Below the pieces are notes generated by a model, which saw nothing but the letters and a program-made list of their open reading frames with translations, did no database searches and had not been told where the DNA came from. A stretch of DNA of 64,000 nt from NCBI GenBank assembly GCA_963778655.1, contig CAVZVA010000011.1:448001-512000 (forward strand), read 5' to 3'. How positions within the stretch are numbered: the first letter of the stretch is position 1; each line of letters starts with the position of its first letter. Positions 18,961 through 26,937 of the stretch are shown one piece after another. The position numbers and the translations under genes are program-made. The stretch is from an uncultured delta proteobacterium (GTDB lineage: Bacteria; Myxococcota_A; Polyangia; Polyangiales; JAFGIB01).

Positions 18961-20820
18961 TCACAACCCGAAGGGCAGGCGGGCGGGGGGCAAATCGGCC
19001 ATCCCGCCGACGGGTGGGGGCCGGAACGACCGGTAGCGGCTGCCGTCCCAGGTCACGAACACGAAACGCGGGTCCTCGAGCGGGGCATCGAAGCGGAAAC
19101 GCGCGGCGGCCACGCGCCGGTCCGCGGTCAGCGCGCGCACCTCGATGCGCAGCCCGCGCAGCTGCACCACGCTGCCCACCGGCATCACCAGCTCGCGCGC
19201 GCGGTACAGCTCCTGCAGCGGCGCGGCGAGCAGCCCGCCGCCGAAGGCGAGGTCGAGCGTCTGCGCATCGGGACGCTCGATGCGCAGCGGCACCGCGCCG
19301 AAGCATAGCGCGCGCACGCGACGCGGCGCGGGCCGCTGCTCGAGCGCGGCCAGCTCGGGCAGCAGCTTGACGTAGAAGTAGTCGGGCGAGCCGACCACCA
19401 CCAGATCGCGCCCGGCCGCCTGCGCGCGCGCCGACTCGGCCGCAGCCTCGGCGGGCGAGGTCAGCGCGATGCTGCAGGCCGTGAGCGGCAGCAGGAGGGG
19501 CGACAGAAACAGGTGGAAACCCGCGAAGGCGATCACGAAGGTGCGCGCGCAGCCCTGCCACAGCGCGCCCTTTGCAAGCCAGGACGCGCGGGCGAGCAGG
19601 CCGTGCCAGAGCTGCGCGAGCAGCCCGAGCGCGCCCAGCCCGACGAAGAACAGCAGGCGGTTGTTCGGGTGCGTGGTGCACGCCGGCACCAGCGCCGCCA
19701 GCATGCCGAAGCCGAAGAAGCGCGCGGTCGCGTCGGCACGCAGCAGCGGCAGCATGCTCGCCAGCAACCAGCCCGCGACCAGCAGCGCGAGCGCGTAGTG
19801 CGCGTGCTGCAGCGGGTCCGACAGGTACTGCGAGCTCTCCGCCGGCGGCAGCCCGAGCTGGCCCAGCAGCAGGCGCGGCGCACGCTGCAGCACGGCCAGC
19901 GCGAAACGCAGTGGCTCGTGCCCGGGATCGATGTAGAGGCCCGAGAATGCGGCGCCGCGGCCGAGCGCACGGTAGAGCACGCGCCAGCCGGCCAGCACCA
20001 GCAGGTGCGGCAGCAGCGTGCGCAACCGCAGCGCCAGCGGACCGCGCTCCAGAAAGAGCGCGTAACCCAGCAAGTAGCCGAAGATCGCGATCGCGCCCTC
20101 CCCGGCGAGCAGCGCGCAGCCAAACAGCAGCGGCGAGAGCACGGCGTGCGCCCGCGAGCCGCCGCTGCGCGCGCGCTGGTGGCTGGCGAGCGCGCACACG
20201 CCGAGCAGCGCGCAGACCACGGCGTTGCGGTTCGCGATCCAGCCCACCGCGAAGCCGTGGGTGTGATCGAACGCGTACATCACCGCGGCCACGCCGGCCA
20301 CGGCGCTCGTCCCGAGCAGCCCGCGGTACAGCCGCGTGACCGCGTACACCAGCGCGAAGTAGAACAGCAGGCTGTGTGCGTGCTGCAGCGGCGCCGAGTC
20401 GGGCCAGAGCGCGGCGTCCAGACGGTGGGTGAGCGCGCTGAGCGGGCGATACATCGAGACCAGCAGGCGCGGGTAGATCCACCACGGCGCGTAGCCTTGC
20501 TCGACCTGCCAGTGGTTGCTTGCGGGGTCGCCGTTGGCGATGCCGAACGGCGATTGATAGGCGCGCAGCAGCGCGGCCGAGCCGGGCAGCCCGGAGAACA
20601 GATAGCGGTGCACGAAGTCGTCGAGGTGAAAGCCGAGCCCGAGCGTGGGCAGCAGCAACAGCGTGCTGGCGGCGGCCAGCCCGCGCGGCAGGCGCGGGTG
20701 CAAGACCAGCGCGAGCAGCACCCGCCCGGCCCGGCCCGCCGCCTGCTCGGGCGGGCCGGCGGCGGGCATCAGCCCTGCGCCGGACGCTTCGGTGTGCGCG
20801 GCCGATACAGGATCGCTCAT
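18961..20820 (-). CDS. GT-C-like polytopic membrane protein, paralog 1
   Basis: HLDDF, MYRPLS, HAHSLL, HGFAVGWIANRN, LLAGE, SGLYIDPG, many TM helices and a soluble C-terminal domain. Confidence 0.75.
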   Translation of the reverse strand: MSDPVSAAHTEASGAGLMPAAGPPEQAAGRAGRVLLALVLHPRLPRGLAAASTLLLLPTLGLGFHLDDFVHRYLFSGLPGSAALLRAYQSPFGIANGDPASNHWQVEQGYAPWWIYPRLLVSMYRPLSALTHRLDAALWPDSAPLQHAHSLLFYFALVYAVTRLYRGLLGTSAVAGVAAVMYAFDHTHGFAVGWIANRNAVVCALLGVCALASHQRARSGGSRAHAVLSPLLFGCALLAGEGAIAIFGYLLGYALFLERGPLALRLRTLLPHLLVLAGWRVLYRALGRGAAFSGLYIDPGHEPLRFALAVLQRAPRLLLGQLGLPPAESSQYLSDPLQHAHYALALLVAGWLLASMLPLLRADATARFFGFGMLAALVPACTTHPNNRLLFFVGLGALGLLAQLWHGLLARASWLAKGALWQGCARTFVIAFAGFHLFLSPLLLPLTACSIALTSPAEAAAESARAQAAGRDLVVVGSPDYFYVKLLPELAALEQRPAPRRVRALCFGAVPLRIERPDAQTLDLAFGGGLLAAPLQELYRARELVMPVGSVVQLRGLRIEVRALTADRRVAAARFRFDAPLEDPRFVFVTWDGSRYRSFRPPPVGGMADLPPARLPFGL

Positions 20821-22628
20821 GGCAGCAGCCTGGTGAAGTCGACCTTCGGCAGCACCACGCTTCTGCCCGGCGGCGGCGGCGTGAACGGCACGAACACGCG
20901 GCCGCGCCACTGCATCAGCTCGTAGTGCGGATCCTCGAGCGGGCGGGCAAAGCGCGCCAAGATCTCGGCCGGCCGGCCGTCGGCGGTGAGCGCGGTGACC
21001 TCGATCTCGAGGTCGCTGAAGCGCACGCGGTAGCCGACCGGCATGCGGTGCGAAGGGTCGCGCTGCATGCGCTCCGAGGGCAGCGCCAGAAAGCCGTTGG
21101 CGGGCCGCACCCGCAGCGTGCGCGCGTCGACGCGCGTGATGCGCACGTCGCTGCCGGCGGTCGCCAGCCAGCGCACGGCGCGTGGCCGGTTCTCGCCCGA
21201 GGCCGCGCGCATCGGCGGCACGTAGCCGGCGTAGGCGTCGAGCGGCGGGTTCATCAGCACCACGGTCTTGTCGCGCACCGCCGGGCTCAGGTCGATCGAA
21301 CGCTCTGCAGTGCCGATCATGCGCTGGCCGTCGAGCGGAGCGCGCACGCGCAGCGGCAGCCATAGCGGTGCGAGCCCCAGGTGCAGGAACACGCAGCCGT
21401 AGCCGACCAGCCGCTGGCCGCGCATGCCGAGCGGCGGGCGCACGGGCGCAACCTCCGCCCCACCGCCCTGCAGCCAGGGCGAAAGCAGCAGCGCGATCAG
21501 CGGCGCGCCGCCCACGCCCACGAACAGCAGCAACCGGTCGTGGGGAAACTGCGCGCTCACCGGCAGCGCCGAGAGCACCGCACCGAGCGCGAAGAAGCGC
21601 GCCACCGCCTGGCTGCGCAGCCAGGGCCACAGCGCGAGCACCATCACCAGCAACACCAGCAGCACCACGCCCAGCATCAGCCCCGGCAGCCAGGGCGCCA
21701 CCAGCGGGTAGGCCTCGAAGAAATCACTGGGCGGAAACGCGAGCTGGCCGACCAGCAGCATGGGCACGCGCACCAGCGCGGCGTGCGCAAAGCGCAGCGG
21801 CTCGCTGCCGGGATCGATCACCAGCCCCGAGCCGCGCGCGCCGAAGCCGAGCGCGCGGTACACGAGCCCCCAGGCCACCACCACCGCCGCGTGCGGCAGC
21901 AGCCGCCGCAGCGCGGTCTTGCGCGGCGCCGGGTCGATGAACAGCGCGTACGCGAACAGGTAGCCCGCGACCGCGAGCGCGGCCTCGCCGGCGAGCAGCG
22001 CGAGCAGCAGCACCAGCGGCGCCGCACGACCCGCGCGCAGGTCGCCGTCACGCACGCGGCGATCGTGCAACAGCAGCACCGGCAGCCCGAGCGCCAGCGC
22101 CACGATCGCGTTGCGGTTCGCCAGCCAGGCCAGCGTCATCCCGTGCGCATCGTCGATCGCATACAGCAGCAGCGCGAAGGCGGGTACGAAGACAGCGCCG
22201 GCGGGCGGGCCGAGTAGGCGGCGGTAGAGCCGCCACAGCGGGACCAACGCGAGCGCGAACCACAGCAGCGAGTGCAGGTGCATCAGCAGCGGGCTGTGCG
22301 GCCACAGCCGGTAGTCGAGCCAGTGGGTCATCACCGAGACCGGCCGGAAGTACGCCATCACCATGTGCGGATCGGTCCACCAGCCGGTCATGCCGACTTC
22401 CATCATCTGGTGGGCCTGGCGCGGGTCGCCGCTGGCCCACACGAACATCGCCAGCGGGTTCTTGGGAATCGCCGGGATGTCGCGGCGTCCGGTCAGCACC
22501 AGCTCGTGGAAGAAGTCGTCGCCGCTCAGCCCGGTGGTGAGCGCCGGGGAGGCCAGCAGCAGGGCGATCGCCACGATCGCAATCGGAGCCGCCGGCTCGG
22601 ACAGCCAGCGTTGAAGAGCCGAGCGCAT
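20817..22628 (-). CDS. GT-C-like polytopic membrane protein, paralog 2
   Basis: SGDDF, YFRPVS, HLHSLLW, HGMTLAWLANRN, LLAGE, DRLL. ATGA-coupled to paralog 1. Confidence 0.75.
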   Translation of the reverse strand: MRSALQRWLSEPAAPIAIVAIALLLASPALTTGLSGDDFFHELVLTGRRDIPAIPKNPLAMFVWASGDPRQAHQMMEVGMTGWWTDPHMVMAYFRPVSVMTHWLDYRLWPHSPLLMHLHSLLWFALALVPLWRLYRRLLGPPAGAVFVPAFALLLYAIDDAHGMTLAWLANRNAIVALALGLPVLLLHDRRVRDGDLRAGRAAPLVLLLALLAGEAALAVAGYLFAYALFIDPAPRKTALRRLLPHAAVVVAWGLVYRALGFGARGSGLVIDPGSEPLRFAHAALVRVPMLLVGQLAFPPSDFFEAYPLVAPWLPGLMLGVVLLVLLVMVLALWPWLRSQAVARFFALGAVLSALPVSAQFPHDRLLLFVGVGGAPLIALLLSPWLQGGGAEVAPVRPPLGMRGQRLVGYGCVFLHLGLAPLWLPLRVRAPLDGQRMIGTAERSIDLSPAVRDKTVVLMNPPLDAYAGYVPPMRAASGENRPRAVRWLATAGSDVRITRVDARTLRVRPANGFLALPSERMQRDPSHRMPVGYRVRFSDLEIEVTALTADGRPAEILARFARPLEDPHYELMQWRGRVFVPFTPPPPGRSVVLPKVDFTRLLP

Positions 22629-22736
22629 CCGCGTCAGGTCCTTGTAGCACACCCGTTGCCCAGCCCGCTGCGGCCGCGGCTCCGCCGGAACCTGCGCACG
22701 CGCCGGCCGCCGCGGCGTTGGCGTATACTTGCCGCG

Positions 22737-24695
22737 ATGCGCCTGCGGCCATCGCACGCCTCCGGCCTCGCGCGCGGCGCTGGCTCCACGCAACAGACGC
22801 CCGCAAGCGGGCTCGCCCGCGCCCTGCGCTGGCTCGGCCGGCCGCATGCCGCGCTGTGGCTGGGCGGCCTGGCGCTGCTGCTGGTCTCGCCTGCGTTGGG
22901 CGGCGGCTTCGCGCTCGACGACTACGTGCTGCGGCTGCTCGCGCGCGACGACCCCGGCTTCGCAGGCTTTCACGCCAACCCGCTGCTGCTGTTCAGCTTC
23001 ACCAGCGGCCGGCCCGCCGACAACCACGCGCTGATGGACGCCGGCGCGCTGCTGCCCTGGTGGAGCGACCCCCACCACCTCAACGCCTTCTTCCGCCCGC
23101 TGTCCTCGCTGGCCCACCTGCTCGACTTCCGGCTGTGGCCGCACAGCCCGCTGCTGATGCACCTTCACTCGCTGCTCTGGTTCGCGGCGCTGCTGGGCGT
23201 GGTCGCGCACGTGTATAGGCAGCTGGGCGTAGGCCCGGCTGCCTTGGGTGATCGCGGCAGGGTCACGCGACCCTCTGGCGAGGCTCGCTTCGCTCCGTTG
23301 CCCGTGCTCGCGTTTGCGTTGTTCGCGCTGGATGGGGCGCACGGGATGACGGTGGCGTGGATCGCCAACCGCAACGCGCTGGTGGCCGCGACGCTCGCTT
23401 TGCCGGCGCTCGCTGCGCACCACCGCTGGCTCGCGCAAGGCTTTCGGCCCGGCGCTTACCTGGGCCCGCTGTGCTTCGCGCTGGGGCTGTGCGGTGGCGA
23501 GACCGCGCTGGCCGTGCTCGGCTACCTGTTGGCGTACACGGTGGTGCTGGACCGCGCGCCGTGGGGGCGCCGCCTCTTGCACCTGCTGCCCTACCTCGTG
23601 CTGCTCGCACTGTGGCGCGCGACCTTCCTGTGGCTGGGGCTGGGCTCTGCCGGCTCGGGCGCCTACCACGATCCAGGCCGCGAGCCGCTCGCCTACGCCG
23701 CCGCGCTGCTGCAACACTTGCCCGTGTTGCTCTCCGCGCAGCTCGCGCTGCCGCTCGCGGACGCCTGGTTCTGGGGCGCGCCCGAGCTGCACCTGCCGAT
23801 CTGGCTGCTCTCTCTGGCGAGCCTCGCGCTGCTGGCCGCCGCCGGCCACGTGCTGCTGCGCCACGACGAGCAGGCGCGCTTCTGGGGCCTCGGCATGGTG
23901 CTCTCCGCGTGCGCGGTCGCCGCCTCGGTGCCGGGCGAGCGCCTGCTGCTCGTGCCCGGCGTGGGCGGCGCGGCGTTCGTCGCCATGCTGGTGTGGAAGC
24001 TGCTGCCAGCCGCGAGCACGGACGCGAGCGGGCGCGCAGAGCGCGTGACGCCGCAGCCACGCTGGGCGCCGCCGTTGCTCGCTGCGCTGTTGCTGCTGCA
24101 CGGCGTGGTCGCGCCGCTCTCGCTGCCGGCCCAGGCCTCGGCCCTGCGCCTGCTGTCGGCCGCGATCGCGCGCGTGGACCGCGACATCCCGCGCGCGCCC
24201 TCGATCGCCGCGCGCACGGTGATCGTGGTCAATGCGCCCTTCGACGTGATGCTGAGCTACCTGCAGGTCGCACGCGAGGCCGAGGGCGTGCCGCGCCCGC
24301 AGCACCTGTACTGGCTGGCCACCGCCAGCTCGCCGCTCTCGCTGCAAAGAGTCGACGCGCGCACGCTGCGCATTCGGGCAGCGCGCGGCTTCTTGCTCAC
24401 CGAGCCCGAGCGCCACTACCGCGGCGATCCGCGCGGCCTGCCCGTGGGCAGCGAGGTGGCGCTGAGCCAGATGCGGGTGAAGATTCTCGCGGTGACGCCG
24501 GACGGCCGCCCGGCCGCGGCCGAGTTCCGATTCCGCGAGCCGCTGGGCTCGCCGCGCTACCTGCTGCGGCGCTACTCACACGGGCGCTTGCTGCCCCTGC
24601 CCCCGCTCGCAGCAGGGCAGAGCCTGTCGCTGCCCCGCGAGGATTTCTTGGCCACGCTGCTCGCCCAAGCCTTCGGGCCCGCGCCAGGCCCATGA
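22737..24695 (+). CDS. GT-C-like polytopic membrane protein, paralog 3 (carries a repeat-like in-frame insert)
   Basis: ALDDY, FFRPLS, HLHSLLW, HGMTVAWIANRN, CGGE, ERLL. Confidence 0.75.
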   Translation: MRLRPSHASGLARGAGSTQQTPASGLARALRWLGRPHAALWLGGLALLLVSPALGGGFALDDYVLRLLARDDPGFAGFHANPLLLFSFTSGRPADNHALMDAGALLPWWSDPHHLNAFFRPLSSLAHLLDFRLWPHSPLLMHLHSLLWFAALLGVVAHVYRQLGVGPAALGDRGRVTRPSGEARFAPLPVLAFALFALDGAHGMTVAWIANRNALVAATLALPALAAHHRWLAQGFRPGAYLGPLCFALGLCGGETALAVLGYLLAYTVVLDRAPWGRRLLHLLPYLVLLALWRATFLWLGLGSAGSGAYHDPGREPLAYAAALLQHLPVLLSAQLALPLADAWFWGAPELHLPIWLLSLASLALLAAAGHVLLRHDEQARFWGLGMVLSACAVAASVPGERLLLVPGVGGAAFVAMLVWKLLPAASTDASGRAERVTPQPRWAPPLLAALLLLHGVVAPLSLPAQASALRLLSAAIARVDRDIPRAPSIAARTVIVVNAPFDVMLSYLQVAREAEGVPRPQHLYWLATASSPLSLQRVDARTLRIRAARGFLLTEPERHYRGDPRGLPVGSEVALSQMRVKILAVTPDGRPAAAEFRFREPLGSPRYLLRRYSHGRLLPLPPLAAGQSLSLPREDFLATLLAQAFGPAPGP

Positions 24696-24717
24696 TAGAA
24701 CCCCCACAGGTCGTACC

Positions 24718-26610
24718 TTGACGAACCTCGACGACGTGAGCGCGCCCCCGCGGGCGGGTCTGTACCGCGGGTTGCGGCGCGCGCTCGATCACCCGGGCGC
24801 CGACCGTGCCGTGATCGTGATCTCGCTGGTGCTGCTTTCGTTCTCGCTCGACACCGGCCTGGCCGCCGACGACTACATCCACGAGCTGATCGCGCACGGC
24901 TCGCACGCGATCGAGGGCTTCGCGCGCGCGCCGCTCGACATGTATCGCTTCACCGACGGCCCACGCACCACGCTGCTGCTGATGCGCGAGGGCGTGCTCG
25001 AGTGGTGGGCCGACCCGCAGGGCAAGCTCGCGTTCTTTCGACCGCTGTCCTCGCTCACGCACTACATCGACTACACCCTGTGGCCTGGGCAGCCGTGGCT
25101 GATGCACCTGCACTCGCTGCTGTGGACCGCGCTGCTGTTCGCCGGCGTGCTCGCGCTATACCGCGAGCTGGTCAAGCCGGCGTGGGTGTGCGCGCTCGCG
25201 ATGTTCCTGTACGCGCTCGACGACGCGCGCGGCTGGGCGGTGTCCTGGGTCGCGGCGCGCAACGCGATCGTCGCGACCGCGATTTCGGTTTGGGTGCTGC
25301 TGCTGCACCACCGTGCGCGCGCCCGCGGGTTTCGGCCCGGGGTCTGGCTCGCCCCGCTGCTGCTGCTGCTGTCGCTGCTGGGCAGTGAAGGGGCACTCTC
25401 GATCTGCGCCTACCTGTTCGCCTATGCGCTGATGCTGGAACGCGGCCCGCTGCGCGCGCGGCTGCTCGGGCTGTGGCCGTACGCGGTCGTGGTGGTGGGC
25501 TGGCGCGTGGTCTACCGCGCGCTCGGCTATGGTGTGGCGCACTCGGGGCTGTACTTCGACCCGAGCACCGATACGGCGGAGTACCTGCGCGCCTCGCTGC
25601 AGCGCATCCCGATCTTGTTGTTCGCGCAGGTCGGCGGCAGCTGGTCCGACGTCTGGAGCACGCTGGTCGCCTTTCCGCTGGCGCAGCACGCGCTGGTGCT
25701 GATCGCGGCGGTGAGCCTGCTCGCGCTGGGCTATGCGATGTGGCCGCTGCTGCGGCGCGACGCGCTGGTGCGCTTCTCCGTGCTCGGCAGCCTGCTCTCG
25801 GTGCTGCCGGCCAGCGCCACCTTCGCCGCCGACCGCCTGCTGACCTGGGTGGCGATCGGCGCGTCGATCGCGCTGGCGCGCCTGATCGCCACCTACATCG
25901 AGCAGCCCCAGACGCTTACCGGCGACGCGCTGCGCGCACTGCTGCTGCCGCCGATGATGCTCGGCATGGTGTTCAGCAAGGTGGTGATCGACCCGGTCTT
26001 CCTGCCCTCGCGGGCACGCGGCAACCTGATCGTGCGCGACAACCTCGACCGCGCGCAGGCCGCCGTCCCCAGCGGGCCGGCGATCGAGCACAAGCGCGTG
26101 GTCTACGTCAATCCGATCGGCGTGCCGCTGGCCGCCTACATCGCGATCGAGCGCGCCGGCAGGGGCGTGCCGCGGCCCGAGGGCCAGACCCTGCTCGCCA
26201 CCAGCGAGAGCGACGTGCGGGTCGAGCGGGTAGACGCGCGCACGCTGCGCGTGCAGCCGCGCGGCGGCTTCCTGCAGAGCCCGGGCTCGCGCCTGTTGCG
26301 CAATCCGGCCCGCGCCTTCCGCGTGGGCCAGCGCGTGGACCTGGACTGGCTGCAGATCGAGGTCACCCAGCTGTGCGCCGATGGCCGGCCCGAGCAGATC
26401 CTGGCGCGCTTCGACCGCCCGCTCGAGGACCCCTCGTTGCTGTGGCTGCGCTGGGGCGCGGTCGGCTACGTGCCCTTCACGCCCCCGGCGATCGGCCACA
26501 GCGTGGTGCTGCCGCGCGCCGACTTCGTGCGCGCCGTATTCGGCGACACCGTGAGCCTCCCGATCGACGGCCGCATGCCCCCACCTTTCGACCCGCTCTG
26601 GCCCGACTAA
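24718..26610 (+). CDS. GT-C-like polytopic membrane protein, paralog 4
   Basis: AADDY, FFRPLS, HLHSLLW, GWAVSWVAARN, LGSE, DRLL. Confidence 0.75.
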   Translation: MTNLDDVSAPPRAGLYRGLRRALDHPGADRAVIVISLVLLSFSLDTGLAADDYIHELIAHGSHAIEGFARAPLDMYRFTDGPRTTLLLMREGVLEWWADPQGKLAFFRPLSSLTHYIDYTLWPGQPWLMHLHSLLWTALLFAGVLALYRELVKPAWVCALAMFLYALDDARGWAVSWVAARNAIVATAISVWVLLLHHRARARGFRPGVWLAPLLLLLSLLGSEGALSICAYLFAYALMLERGPLRARLLGLWPYAVVVVGWRVVYRALGYGVAHSGLYFDPSTDTAEYLRASLQRIPILLFAQVGGSWSDVWSTLVAFPLAQHALVLIAAVSLLALGYAMWPLLRRDALVRFSVLGSLLSVLPASATFAADRLLTWVAIGASIALARLIATYIEQPQTLTGDALRALLLPPMMLGMVFSKVVIDPVFLPSRARGNLIVRDNLDRAQAAVPSGPAIEHKRVVYVNPIGVPLAAYIAIERAGRGVPRPEGQTLLATSESDVRVERVDARTLRVQPRGGFLQSPGSRLLRNPARAFRVGQRVDLDWLQIEVTQLCADGRPEQILARFDRPLEDPSLLWLRWGAVGYVPFTPPAIGHSVVLPRADFVRAVFGDTVSLPIDGRMPPPFDPLWPD

Positions 26611-26682
26611 CCGTCCCGCCGTGCTCGTAAGTCGTGGTCGTGCTCGGCCCCGTCCCTCGTCACCGCACGACGCTCAGAGAGG

Positions 26683-26718
26683 AAACAGGAAGGCGGCAAG
26701 ACGGGAAGACGGGAAGGG
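26683..26718 (+). repeat. Dispersed repeat copy (AAACAGGAAG..GACGGGAAG family)
   Basis: AAACAGGAAGGCGGCAAGACGGGAAGACGGGAAGGG between convergent genes. Confidence 0.65.
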
Positions 26719-26937
26719 TTGACGGCCTTTGAAGACCCAATCGTCGGAGGTCGTTGCGCGTCCCTGGGCAAGAAGAAAGCCTCTCGGACGTGGCCTGCAG
26801 GGGCTTGTCTCGGAACAGCCCGAAGTCGAACGAATGCAGCGCGGCCGCGCTGCCTGCCACACCCAGCACCGCCATGCCAATCGGCCATTTCCAGTTGCGC
26901 ATCGGCCGGCAGGCCGGACCACGCGGGCGCTACCGCG

